Assembly: GCF_009914755.1 (NCBI RefSeq)
Contig: NC_060935.1
Reading direction: 5' to 3' (one strand)
Length of the DNA: 64,000 nt
From: the human T2T-CHM13v2.0 reference genome, Homo sapiens
The notes under the pieces were generated by a model that saw only the letters and a list, made by a program, of their open reading frames with translations, was not told the origin of the DNA and did not search any database. A program made the position numbers and the translations under genes. How positions within the stretch are numbered: position 1 is the first letter of the stretch; every line of letters begins with the position of its first letter. Below, in pieces: positions 33,134 through 46,914 of the stretch.

Positions 33134-33662
33134 TGCAGTATTAACTATATTTTCTCACTTTCTGTATTCCTGATGCTCTAGCCTCACTGGTCAGGGCTAG
33201 CCAGTTCTTAGAGGTAGCACATGATTGCCTGTGAGCACCCTTTTCATATACAAACCATCCAATCCACAGCCCATACCTGCCCCCTGCCTCCTTAATCGAG
33301 CTCTCATGGGTTAAGCCAATATTCCCCTGTCCTCGTCACCCCAGGGCCAGGTACCAAACAACTCAGGACAGCCCCTATACCCTGGAGTCCACCGAAATGA
33401 TTCCAACTAGTCAACTCCGAACCTGCTGAGCCTGATGACCCTGCCGTGCCCATGCCTGTCCGCAAAACTCCAGCAAGGGCTCCAGTCCATGCCCTCCTCT
33501 CTCCTTCTATCTCCTGACTGCCACGTGGCTCTGTGTGGTGTGCAGTGCCTCCTGTTCTAGGGATCTCTGGATATAAAAACATCTCCCTTTGTGACAGTCA
33601 TTTCTAGGTCTATGTGTTTTACCACACCTGATTAAAACAAATCCCAGGCACGTTTGAAAGCA
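33134..33662 (+). mobile_element. MER74A/B ERVL solo LTR inserted in the coding exon
   Basis: 'agggctagccagttcttagag', 'tttcatatacaaaccatccaatcc', 'cccagggccaggtaccaaacaact'; TG...CA ends; 5-bp TSD cctcc/cctgc. Confidence 0.88.
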
Positions 33663-34892
33663 CCTGCTCATGTTGGCCTTCTTCTCAGCGTAGATGTCTG
33701 CTAAGGGCGCATTCCTGTCTGCCTCTCAACGTGCTTCCTTCCCTGTCCACAAGAAGCCTCTCTCTTGGACATTCTGCAGCCAGGCATTTGGAGGCCGGTG
33801 ACATCTTCTTCCTCAGTCCTGATATCCAGGAGCTCCTGGAGATATGAGTCAGAGAAAGAGTGGATCTCCAGATTTGGGAGAAGAAAGAAGAGAGGGCAGG
33901 ACCATTTCCCAAAAAACTGAAGCCAGACTGCAAGCTAGATTCTGGGACATCCTTGGAGTCCTTTGCTGACCAACAGGGTCCCAGAGTCCCTCAGTGCTTC
34001 TGGAGCACCAAGGGCAAACCAGAGAAGGGCACTGTCCTTGGCAGCCCCCACGCCATGCCATCTTGTGGGACTGTTTGCAGTGGAAATGGAGCCAGCTCTT
34101 TTGGGGTCTCCTCTCTCTAAAAAGCAAGTCCTGGTGGCTACTGTCCTAGTTTCTGGTAGTAGTTCCCCACTAGAGTTTTCCTTTATTTCTCCAGATCCAA
34201 TTTCAGGCTAAAGAATCCCCCACCCCAGCCTCTGGCACACCCGAAGACACAGCCCCAATCCTTTCCTGGAGCCTTGTGCCAATTGGAGCTCTACTGCAGG
34301 CCTAAGTGCAGCCCCAGACCCCCTTCAGTTCTCTCTCCCATTCCCACTGCCCTCTTCTTCACCCTAGACTAGGGCCAGTGGGATGCCTTCCCTTAGAGTC
34401 CAGAGTGAGGTTCAGTCTCTCACCTTGGCTGACATTCAATACCTGCAATGGCACTGGCTGGAGAAGCAGCTGGAAAGTTTGTGAGGTTCACCCTCTGTGG
34501 TCTCAAGAGTTCAGCAAACCTGTAGCCCTCCAGCCCCTACCTTCCCCAGCAAGCCTGGCGTCCCTGTTCTAGTTGCCAGTCTCCATCCCTCCTGGAGAAC
34601 CTTCTATCCAGAATGACATCTCGAAGCACCTGGGGCACCACCTTCAAAACAGAGTTATCCAACACAGGATCCAGGAGCCTCTGCCACGATGCAACCTCAA
34701 GACACAACCTGGGACATCCCAGCCAAAGGGTGAACATGGCCTCGGGTGGCCCTCTGTGTTTACAGGCCAAGGAGCAAGAATCAAGGGAAGATAGCATTGA
34801 GGGACCAGGAGGCTTCATGAAGGGGTCCAGCTAAGTTTCTGTTAGGGTGGGATCCAGGGAAGGGCCTGGGGGACACTCTGAGGAGGGCCCTA

Positions 34893-34996
34893 GAGCTCAC
34901 TTTCCAGGGGCCTCAGAAAGTTTCCCATGCAGGGCCTGGCAGCTGAGCTCATTTTCCAAGGGCCTTGGAAAATTTCCCACACAGGGCCTGGCAGCT
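34893..34996 (+). repeat. 52-bp tandem duplication inside the pseudogene exon
   Basis: 34893-34944 vs 34945-34996, 7 mismatches. Confidence 0.92.
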
Positions 34997-36181
34997 GACT
35001 CTGAGAAGGAGACAAAAAGGGATTTGGTGAGCAACTCGGAGAAGCAACTGGAAAACAAAGCTGGGGCAAGTTGATCCGGGCTGAGTCCCTGCCCACTACT
35101 CATGATGCACTTGGAAGCTGGAAGCTTGGTGCCCTTGGTGCTCAGGAACGTCACCTGCCTCCCTCGTGGGAGTTTTCCTTCCTTGATCCAGGCCCTGGGC
35201 AGGTGTGGGAAGTCTGTAGGATACGGTTTTGGATGAGACAGACATGGGGCTTCTGGAAAAGCCAAGTCAGTGTCAGCCTCTGGGCAGATCCCAGGCCAAT
35301 GGAAACCAGAGCTGTCTTCCTGGGCGGTGGGTACCCTGGGGTGCAGGTGGACATGCAACCCTCAGCCTCCTCCTAGAGAACCTGAGCCTTAGGTAGGGAC
35401 TTGGTGTATGGGAGGGAAGTCAGCAAGAGGAAGAACTCAAGGTCTGGGCAGAGCCTGCAGATGAGCATTCCTGCAACAACAGGGCTCCCTGCTACCCTGA
35501 GCAAGGATTGAGACAAGCGCCTCATCCTGCAGCTGCCTAGCAGGCTCAGAGGGCTTGAGTTGCCCCAACAGGGATGGGTGGATCAGGCCCCGACCAGGAC
35601 AGACATGCCTGGAAATCTGAGAGGTGCAAAGGGCAGCAACTGTGTCTGGATTCCTCGTTTCAAGTCCACCAGGGAGCCTGTGTCCCCAGCCTGCACCCAA
35701 TAGCGTGGGCCAAGGATGCCAAGAACCTCTGGCCACTCCATCTACTGCCACAGGCTCTGTCTGTCAGGCGGCATGTCTTCTACTCAGCAAGAATGTTCTC
35801 CTCCATCCTCTTCTAGGAAGAAAGGTTCAAAGGAAAAGTATCAATCCATTTAGAGAAGATCTGCAAGTCTCATGCCATCACGCATTCTCTGAAGAGGGTG
35901 GCCTCTCTTTCTCAGAATGAAACATAGAGATTCTTCCCCATGCAGCTGTTTTCTTCTCATAGGAGAGTGGTGTCTTCCTTCTGTGCTGTGTTTGGAACAT
36001 AGGTTTATAGTATCCGAGGGGCTTGAGCTTAGAGGAATTCAGAGCCAGCTTCAGCTCTTACTGAGTGCCTGCTTTGGCTTCTAAAAAAATGGCTGAGGTC
36101 ATGGAGAGAGGTTTCACACCTAACCACTGTTGTGATTTCCTTCATTTGCACCTACTCATATGTCCTATTTTAAAAACACTG

Positions 36182-36499
36182 GGCCAGATACAGTGGCTCA
36201 CGCCCATAATCCCAGAACTTTGGGAGGCCAAGATGGGTGGATCACTCGAGGTCAGGAATTTGAAATCAGCCTGGCCAAAATGGCAAAACCCCATCCCTAC
36301 TAAAAATACAAGAATTAGCCAGTCGTGGTGGCACGTGCCTGTAATCTCAGCTCCTCAGGAGGCTGAGGCACAAAAATCCCTTGAACCCAGGAGGCGGAGG
36401 TTGCAGTGAGCCAAGATCGCACCACTGCACTCCAGCCTGGGCAACAGAGCGATGCTCTGTCTCAAAAACAAACAAACAAACAAACAAAAACAAAAAACA
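36182..36499 (+). mobile_element. AluSx/Sz with (AAAC)n tail
   Basis: Full Alu; TSD aaaaacact. Confidence 0.92.
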
Positions 36500-36914
36500 A
36501 AAAACACTTAAATTTTTCATAAGAGTCATTGAAAAACATACAAAAGCTAAAGTTAGTATTAAAAACACTAATAGGTTAGTCAAAGTTAGAAAATCCAATA
36601 CACCCCACCCCGAGATGTGGCTTACACAGAACTTTCTCATCTAAAACAGCTGTAGGGGTAGTTAGGGTTGCACAAGAAAAATATGAAGAATACCTTGTTG
36701 ACATTGACAAATTTAGAGTTTGCCATATTTCTTAGAATTCAATGTTAATATATTGAGTTGTCACAAGAGTTAATGAATTTACTTATCTTGGACATCATTT
36801 GAAACCTTTATGATTTTATTTCAAAGCCAAATCATTCTTCTAAAAAACATGAACCAGTTATGTCAACGTAGATGCATATATTAAAGAAAAAAATAAGTAC
36901 TCAATTAAGTTATT

Positions 36915-38592
36915 GGAAATTTTTGGTGGTAAAAAAGTGATAAAATTTACCATTTTAAAAGCATACAATTCAGTGGCATTAAATACATTCCCAGCATTGT
37001 GCAATCATCACAACTACCTGGTTCCAGGACTTTACCTTCATCTATCAAGGAAACTCTGTGCCCATGAAGTGGTTACTTCCCACTCCTCGCTCCCCCCAGC
37101 CCCTGGCAACCACTAAGCTGCTTTCCATCTCTATGGATTTTCCTATTCTGGACATTTCATATGAACGGAATTATACAACATGTGGCCTTTGGCCTGGCTT
37201 CTTTCACTTAACATAACATCTTCAGGGCTCCTCCATGTCAAGGCATGGATCGGTACTTCTCTTTTCATGGCTAAATAATGTCCCCTTGTATAGATACCCC
37301 ACCTTTTAAACAAATTCATTCATCTATTGATGGATACTTGAGTTGTTTTCACCTTTTGGCTATTGTGAATAGTGTGGCTATAAATATTCATGTACAGGTT
37401 TTTGTTTGAACATCTGTTATCAATGTTTTGGTTATATATCTAGGAGTGGGATTGCTGGGTCATATGGTATTCTATTTTTAACTTATTGAGGAACCACTAA
37501 TCCATTTTCCACAGTGACTGCACCATTTTACATTCCTAGCAGTAATGTATAAATGTCCCAGTTTCTCCACATCTTCACCAGCACTTGTTATTTTCTGTTT
37601 TGTTTTTATTATACCATCCTAGTGGGCATGAAATGGCATCTCATTGTGATTTTGATTTGCATTTCCCTAATGACTAATGACATTGAATATCTTTTCATGA
37701 GCTTACTGGCCATTTGTATGTCTTCCTTGGGCACATGTCTATTAAGTCTTTCACCCATTTTCTAATTTATTTTGTTATGCTGTAAGAGTTCTGTACATAT
37801 GCTGGATACTATATGATTTGTAAATATTTTTCCCATTCTGGAGGCCATCTTTTCACTCTCTTTTTGAAAGTGTCCTTTGATCCACACAAGTTTTTAATTT
37901 TGATAAAGTCCAATTCATGCCTTCTTTTGTTGCTTGTGCATTAGGTGTCATATCCAAGAAACCATTGCCAAATCCAAGGTCATGAAGGTTTACTCATATG
38001 ATTTCTGTTAGGAGATTTATAGTTTTAACTTGTATATTTAGGTCATTGATCCATTTTGAGTTAATTTTTGTATATGATGTGAGGTAAGAGTCCAGCTTCA
38101 CTCTTTTGCATGCAGACATCCAGTTGTCTCAGCAGCACTTGTTGAAGAAATGCTTTTTTCCTCCATAAATGGTTTTGACCACCCTTGTGGAAAATCGACT
38201 TATCATAGATACATTAGTTTATTTCTATACTCTCAATTCTATTACATTGATCTATATGTCTATCCCTATGCCAATATCACACTGTTTCGACTTTTTGACT
38301 AACATAACTTGGTAATAACTTTGGGAACCAGGAAATGTGAGTCCTCCAATCTTGTTCTTTTTCAAATTTTTCTGCCTATATGAGAACCTCTGGAATTTCA
38401 TATGAGTTTTAGAATAAGGTTTCCTATTTCTGTAAAAAAAAAAAAAAGGCAGCTGAAATTTTGATAGCAATTGCATAGAATCTGTAGGTCACTTTGGAGA
38501 TTATTGCCATCTTAACAATGTTAAGTCTTCCAATCCATGAACACGGAGAGCCTTCCATTCATTTAATTCTCCTTTAATATCCTTCAGCAATC
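36915..38592 (-). mobile_element. L1MB-like 3' portion
   Basis: 'aaaatttaccattttaa', 'cccagcccctggcaaccactaa', 'ctattctggacatttcatatgaacggaat'. Confidence 0.88.
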
Positions 38593-38594
38593 TC

Positions 38595-39200
38595 AGTCCA
38601 ATTCCAAAAATTAGAAGAGGAGTGAACACTTCTTAACTTTTCCATAAGGCTAATATTAACCTGAAACTAGAGCCAGGCACAGACATCACAAGAAAAGAAA
38701 CTACAGAGCAATATTCCTTATGAATATAGATGAAAAAATCCTCAACAAAATATAGCAAGCCAAATCCAGTAGCGTATTAAAAGTAATACACACTATTATC
38801 CAGGGGGGATTTATCTCAGGAATGCAAGGTTGGTTCAACACGTGAAAACTGATCAGGGTAATACATTAAAATAATAAAGAAAGAAAGCCACATTGTTGTC
38901 TCCATTGGTGCCAAAGAAAAATTGGCAAAATCCAACACATTTCATGATTTTAAAAAACTCAGCAACTAGGAATATGAGGGAATTCCTGAAACTGATAAGG
39001 AGCATGTATGTAAAACTCACAGCTAACATGATATTTAAGGAAACACTGAAAGCTTGCCCCCTGAGACCAAGAACAAGAAAAGAGTTCCCGCTTTTGCCAC
39101 TTTCAACACTGCACTGGAATTTCCAGCCAGAGTAATTAGTTTGGCTAGAAAAAGTCAAAGGCATCCAAATCAGAAAAGAAGATGTAAAACTATCTCTATG
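38595..39200 (+). mobile_element. L1 ORF2 RT segment in inverted orientation, abutting the L1MB
   Basis: 'acaagaaaagaaaactacagagcaatattccttatgaatatagatgaaaaaatcctcaacaaaata' (RKENY...LMNID.KILNKI) through 'gatgtaaaactatctct'. Confidence 0.88.
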
Positions 39201-41094
39201 CTTGTGCTGGGGGCCTGTTGATAACGAGTGTTCTCTTTTGTTTTAAGCATTTGTGCTTAACAGTTTCACTGGCTGTAGAATTCTAGTTGGACAGTTATGT
39301 TCTTTTAGCACTTTAAGACACCATGCTATTGTCTTCGGGCTTCCATTAGGGTTTGAGAAAGGTTAGGTCCCAGTCGAATTGTCATTCCTTTAAAATGATC
39401 TTCTATTCTCCCTGACTGCTTTAAGACATTCTCTTTGTGTTTTGAGTTCTGCAGGTTCACTGTGATTGAACTAAGAGGTTGCTGTGAGAGTGATCTGAGC
39501 CTCTCAACTTAAAAAAAAAAAGATAATTACACTGGATCAAGCGGGAAGTTTTCCAGAAAAGGGAGCTACCAAAGTCATTCTGAACTCATGGAACAAGAGG
39601 AAGAGCTGTTAAAATTATACTTGCTTCTTAACTCAAGGATTCTTTCTTCATCTTGGTGAGCAAACAGCTTTGTTGAAAAATAAAGCCCAGACCAGCCAAG
39701 ATTGGCCTCAAGGGGAGGAGAGTCTCAGAAGCTGGTGTGGTAATGGCCTCCAGCCTGGGGAAGGTGGTGTGGACTTTCCTCTCTGTTGGGTCAGTTTTGT
39801 GCAGAGCTGGGGAATACTGGGGAAAAGTGCTCCATCCCAGGGTGACCACCCAGCTCCATCAGTCCAGGGACAATGACACCATATTGATGTTGCTTCTGGC
39901 AAGGACCTGACCACTAGTTATTTCTGGGATTCTCTGGGGGTAAAAATAGGGTCACAAAACAGTTATAAAATATTACCTTTCTAATTATACTGCCAGCCCT
40001 TAAACTGTGGAACAGAACACGCTTTGTGGGGTTTAAGAACCAACTCTCCATCAGCACAAAGACCTCCCCTCTCTGCTTTCCGCACACCGTAAGTTTGCCC
40101 CTCTGGCTTCATTTCCAGCCCAGACACAGGCAGGTCAAGCTTGGAGATCAGGTCCTTCTGCTGCCTAGATCTGAACCAGTCACCCCTAAAGGGCCTTGGC
40201 TGCCCTTTTGTTCCTTTTGATGCTGGTGGGAGTATCAATAGGCATCACTTAGCACTGCCTGTGTACTTGCAATGTGCTAAGTCCTGAAGGCACAGGTCCC
40301 ACTGTGATCCCATTTCACAGCTGAGAAAACTGAGGCTCTGAGCAGTCCTGTGGTCCTTCTCTTCCACAAAGCTGCTGTAAAGTCTGAAGAAAAGTCTGGG
40401 CTCCCTCGGTCTCTCTCCACCTTTGCAGCCTCCTTGCCCTTCTCCTCGACCCAGGCCATTCTTTTTCCTATCCTTTCTCCAACCAGATGTCACCCCAACA
40501 CCTGTACACACCCCATCCAGCTCGGCCACAGAACTGACTCTCACTCAGGATGAAAGCAGTCTCCTTTCTTTTCAGTGAAAACCTGCCTTGACCCTTAAAC
40601 CTGATGCTTGGCATTCCCTGATGCAACCAAACTGACTTCAGCCTGAGATCCAACATGAGGCTGAGCCATCAGGACTGCCTTGGCTGGACATTTCTCTCCC
40701 TCCTGCCAGGTACCCTGTTCTCAACCTCTGACTGGCTGTCACCTTCAGACTGCTTTTAATGGAGCAAAACGCAAGCTTTGCAATAATAAGGGGCTTCAAC
40801 AAAAGCCTGTTCAGAACAGAGAGAGAATTTGAGGAATCTCAAAGCTGAAATCAGTCTGGTTAAGTTGGGAAATGCAGTGCTACAAGTTGGGCCAACAGCC
40901 CTAGAGGCCTACAGGGACAGAAGGACCCAATCTTTCTACACTTGGGTTTCTGTTCTTGTGTGGGTCCAATTTCTAGAGTTAAACTTCAGGCACAATTTCT
41001 AGATGTGCAACAGTAGTAGCTCTTATCAATGGAGCACTTCCAGTGTGCCTGGCTCTGTGCTGACCCTATTACATGGATTCATTATTTGGCTTCT

Positions 41095-41852
<758 letters not shown>

Positions 41853-44090
41853 AGGAGTCTCCCATCAACTCTGGAAAATAGACACAGTCATCTTCCATTT
41901 TATAGATTAGGAAACTGAGGCACAGGGCTTGGATAACTTGTCCAGGGTCCCAAAGGCAGGAAAAAGCAGCACCAAGATGAAAAACCAGTTAGAATGACCC
42001 CAGAGACCATCCTCCCAGCCACAGTCTGTGATGCCTCCTGCTCTGCTAGACTGCTGGAATGTGCCTAAAATAAGTAGGCATTTGTCCCCATTTTGCAGAT
42101 GAGAAAAACAAGGCAACCGTGAAGTAACTGTTGGGGAAAATAAAACTGGGATGGAACATTGAAATTCAAAAGTAGTTCCTTGTATGCCTCTTTTCTTCAT
42201 GCTCACAACCAGCCAGAGAAGTGGTTGTTACAACGTCCATCTTCCAGATGGGAAGATTAAAACAGTAGCTCTTTGAGGGAGGGACTGTTCACCATTGCTA
42301 CCCTGAGCTAGCCCTGAGCCTGGCTGAGGTAGCTCAGGGAGGTGTGGTCATTCATCCAAGATCATGCAGCCTGCCAACATGAGGCCAGGGACTCAAGCCT
42401 GGGTTTTCTAATGCCAAAGCCTGTGTTTTCCCTCTGCTGAACAAATGCTGACCTCTGTTATCTCCAGACTATATGAGCAAATGGGTGGAGGGCAGAGAGA
42501 CACTGTGAGGCCTGGAGAAAATGTTGGTGGCAGCTTTGAGACTGGGGTTGGGGGTGGTATGCCTTGATGACTAGAAGGGTTTGGACAGGTGAAGGAAACA
42601 GGACAGAAGAGATAAACTGACACCCAGCATGGGGATGCCAGGGTCTAGAGGCAGGAGGGAGGCTGGGAACCAAGGCTAAGGAAGGAAACCCAGATTTACT
42701 CTTCATCCTCCCTCTTCCTGAAGCTCTCCATGTACCCCAAACCCCAGCCCCCAATGATAACACTACAGGCCTGTGCCCTAATGGCAGGCCATGCATCAAA
42801 AGTCAGAAGATAGTGGGGCAGCCATGCTACTGCACACAATTTGATACATTTCCCAGGAGCCCTGGAATGTCGGCTCAGCTTCGGGAGTCACATCTGACTT
42901 CTCTAAGCTTCAAGGCAGTGTTCAGAAGTGAGAGGTGTCCTTCCTCTCCTTCTCATGAGTCTGTGTGGATGGTCAGAGAGCCGTATGTTCTCGTACACAC
43001 CGTTTTCGAAAGGAGGCAGTCCTTGACTTGAGTTTTAGGAATTCTCTTCCCAGTCTTTAGTCATTGATTTCTAGAAAAAAAACTTTTCCTCTTTATTATT
43101 TAACTTCTGCCTTCATCCCTGCCACCCAGGCTGAAGAACTGACAGTGAAGTATGCTTTCCTCAAAGGCAAGAGAAGGACAGGGTTATGGAGAGAGTCCTG
43201 GCCACGAGACGGGATCTCAGGGGTTTAGTATTAGCTCTGCCTTTAATTGGAATAGTGAGGATGAGTTTGGGTGCTGGAGTCAGACAGGTGCAGGTTCAAG
43301 TCCCAGCTAGACCACTTTCAGGCTGCATGGCCTTGGCCAAGTGGCTCAACCCCTCTGAGGCTATAAAATGGGAGTAATTGTGTTTGCAAAGCAGAGATTT
43401 GTGGGGAGGATGCATGAGCAAATGCACCGGCTCCGTAGAGCTCGGTACATAGTGAAGCTTCAGTGCTAATGATTATCATGACATTAGGTCTCTTACACCC
43501 CCTTCCTTCCCTGACTCAACTAAGTCACGCTGCTGGTCCTTGTCTGCCAGGCTCTAGCACAAGCCAAGAAGTCTCCCTCTTGTGGTTCCTTATTCCTGGA
43601 ATTCTTGGCCCCCAGCTCCTTGAAAGCCTGGCTGCTCTTCATCTTCAGGCTCGGGGGAAATGCCACCTCCACACAGATCTTGTTCCTGTCCCTCCATCTC
43701 TTAACCCCCTCCCCACAATTGCTGATAATTGTGTTGATCTGATCACTTCTCATTGTCCCTGTGCTCCACTCGCCTGCAGCCTTGGTGTGGGAAGGGGCCA
43801 CGTCTCTCCTGCCACTCTTGTGTCTCCATCACCCATGAGTGTTTGTGCAGTGACATGGATTGACTCAATGAACATTCAATTAACATTTGTTGATTTAATG
43901 AGTCACGATGTCTGACCCTGGGTAAACAACACGACACTTGTGGGATTCCGTTTTTCTCATCAGAAAAATGAGGAGGTTGGAATAAAAGGCTGAAACATAT
44001 TATTTCCCCTAAGTTTCCCATGAACCTGTGAATGAATTCAACGGAACCAGGGAGTTAAGGTGCAGAATTGTTACAGAAACATGGCCTCTT

Positions 44091-44109
44091 TCTGCCCTCT
44101 AGTGGACGA
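44091..44109 (-). promoter_or_regulatory. CTCF motif (reverse orientation)
   Basis: Minus strand reads GTCCACTAGAGGGCAGA, a close match to the CTCF core. Confidence 0.75.
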
Positions 44110-44264
44110 GATGGTGAATGGCACTTTATCATCCCCACCGCCGCCCCCACTCTCCCGCCACTGTTTCTAATATATTAGCCCTGCCAAGAACCACTTCAGA
44201 AAGGAAAATATTCAGTGGCCAGAGAAAAGGGGCCATGTCTTCTTCATTAGGGTACACCCAGAGT

Positions 44265-44490
44265 CGAGCAGTGAAGCGTGGGAGACAGCTAGATTCAGCA
44301 GGAAGGGCACTGGTGGGACTGGGACCACCACCTACTCCCTGGGTGAAGTTGGGCGTGGTTCTGTCCTCTCGGAGCCTCTATTTCCCCATCTGTGCAGTGG
44401 GCATAATAACATCTACCTCACAACTGTTGTAGGATTAAGTAATGTAAAGTGTCTGGAATGTGGTAGGTCCTTAATCAAGGTTGGTAGCCT
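44265..44490 (+). mobile_element. MIR
   Basis: 'gagcctctatttccccatctgtgcagtgggcataataacatctacctcaca'. Confidence 0.75.
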
Positions 44491-44819
44491 CTTGGCTCTC
44501 TATACACTTTGTATGAATGAAACGCAGTCACAGACACAAAGGAAAATGTTACAGCCTAGAAGAAAAAGCAAGAAATGTGTGTAAATGAGTAGGAAACGGG
44601 TTTATGTACCGGGGAAACATCCTCGACTTGATGTTAGGAGCTTTGAGATTTAGATTTATGAGCTCTGACACTAACAAGCTCTGGGACCCTGGGAACGTTC
44701 TGTCTGTCGCCTCTCTGGACCTCAGCGTTGTCATCTGGGAAACAGAAGGTTAAATGACAGCATCATCCAGAAGGCACTCAGCTTCAGGAAACAGAAAACA
44801 CAACTGACGGTGAGTAGAT

Positions 44820-45133
44820 CCAGGGTCGGCAAACGACAACCCACTTGCCAAATCTGTTTTTGTGCCGCCTGTGGGCTAAGAATGATTTCTACAATTTAAA
44901 TTGTTGAAAAAAATCAAAAGAATAAATAATATTTTGTGACACATGAACATTATATGAAATTCAAATTTCAGTTTCTATAAATAAAGTTCTGTTGGAACCC
45001 AGCCACACTCATTTGTTTATGTACTTATCTAGGGCTCTTTTCCCGTGACAATGTCAGAGTTGAGTGGTTGCGGCTTGGAAAGCTGAAAATATTTACTATG
45101 TGTCCATTTATAGAACAAGTTTGCTGACCTCCG
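44820..45133 (+). mobile_element. MER58B (hAT-Charlie) inserted in an old MLT1 LTR (~44765-45530)
   Basis: TIRs 'cagggtcggcaaac' and 'gtttgctgacctccg'; 'ttatatgaaattcaaatttcagt'. Confidence 0.88.
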
Positions 45134-45706
45134 ACTTCACTAATAAAGATATTTAGCTGTCTCACATAACCATAACATTCCCGCTGTTCTCTTGGTCTTC
45201 TCTCCTGATCACAAGATGGCAGCCTCGATTCCATGAGTCACATCTACACACAGCCTACATTTAAGACAGGAAGTAAGGAGCAGGGGGAGAGAAAAGACTT
45301 TCTTCTGCCGTGATTCCTGTGCCCAGAAAGAAAATATTTCCCGGAAGCCCTGCAGGAGGCTTCTCCTATCTCATTGGCCGGAATGAGGTCACATGGTGGA
45401 CCCTGGACCAATGCCTGCAAAGGACCTACCCTTCCTGAGATGAAGGGATCTGGCCTTCTAACAGAGACAAAAACCAGGGCTCTGTTAGCATGAAAGAAAG
45501 GGGGCAGGGTGCACGTGCCGACCAAAATCATTAAGACCCCTTGCCTAATAGCATCTCCAGGTTCCAGTTGCATGAGCCTTTTCAGAACTTAAATTTGAAA
45601 GCTTTTCGTTGACATATTTTCTCCACTTCAATCCTCTCTCTGGAACTCAGGATGTATTTCTGAGCGATTTTCTTCATTTATAATTTTTTTTATTTGGGCT
45701 TCCTTA

Positions 45707-46017
45707 TTTATATTTATTTATTTGTTCATTTTTTTGAGATGGAATCTTGCTCTTTTGCCCAGGCTGGAGTGCAGTGGTGCGATCTCGGCTCACGGCAATC
45801 ACCACCCCCGGGTTCAAGCAATTCTCCTGCCTCAGCCTCCCGAGTAGCTGGGATTACAGGCACCCACCACCATGCCCAGCTAATTTTTGTATTTTTAGTA
45901 GAGACGGGGTTTCACCATGTTGGCCAGTCTGGTTCTTGAACTCCTGACCTCAGGTGATCCACCCACCTCGGCCTCCCAAAGTGCTAGAATTACAGGCATG
46001 AACCACCGCGCCCGGCC
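45707..46017 (-). mobile_element. AluSx
   Basis: Full Alu; TSD cttcctta. Confidence 0.92.
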
Positions 46018-46914
46018 CCTTCCTTAAGTTGCTTGATTTGAGATGTTGCTGTTCATGATGTTTCTCCATACCAGTCCTTAATTTTGACCTCACCTCTGCC
46101 TCCATGTGTGAGAAGGTTGAGTAGGAGGCGGGAGGTGGTAGAACGTTCCAGGGCTTCAGCACAGCCGGGCCTGCTCCTGGCAGGGCAAAATAGATGAGGC
46201 GTTCACCAGGACGGTTAGACTGAAATCCTGTTTGGCCACTGAAAGCTGAAGAGGCAACCTCGTGGACTGTTTTTCAGTTATGTACCAGTCTGAAAGGCAT
46301 TGGAGGAAATGTGGAAATGCATCCAGCAATGCAGCTACTGTTCACTTGAGTTAATAGAAGAGGGAGCAGAGCTTCAAGTGCCAAATGGAAATAATTTTGT
46401 AGATGACTTGAAAAGAAATTTAATAAGGACTTAAATCCGAAATCATAGCCTCCTTGTTGTTAGAAAGTGAGGGAGTTGCAGTTACAGACACAAAGGAAAA
46501 CAGCACAAAAATGGAAGGAAAGCCAAAAGGGCCCACGCAGAAAATTTAACACAGGATCAGAGGCCCCAAGAGAGAAGCAAAATCCTAATACACATCCTCT
46601 ATCCGAGAAGCAGATGGCAGCTTAGAAGGAAAATGCGGTAAGAGATGGCAGGCCACAGTGTTTCTGGAAAGGAGGACCGTCCTTGAATTATGACCTCTTC
46701 TTAATTTTGGGGTGGATTTCCTGATGGAGGGTGCTTTTTGAACATTCTGTACCTGAGGTCTTTTTTTGTGCTAAGGAAAAATAGGAAAATGAATTCGAGT
46801 TCCCCTAAACCAGAGTGGGGTCACTCATTCCTAACAATCAAGATTCAAAGAGAATGAAAAGATGCAACCCTCTGTACCTTAGTTTCTGCATCTGTAAAAG
46901 AGAAATTAGTGCCT

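Larger units (their letters stand above)
32705..35945 (+). pseudogene. SPATA31-like large terminal exon relic, split by MER74
   Basis: Acceptor 'cctgtctcctgcag' ends at 32704; stops at 33845 and 34482; multiple frameshifts; degenerate polyA signal AATGAA at 35916-35921 followed by GT-rich sequence. Confidence 0.88.

Noticed and set aside
33860-35376. SPATA31-like ORFs as a functional CDS
   Set aside because: In-frame stops (33845, 34482), many frameshifts, deletions and an LTR insertion.
46605-46625. CTCF-like AAGCAGATGGCAGC (also weak matches near 10425 and 55745)
   Set aside because: Key 5' CC positions or the 3' core mismatch; too weak to call.
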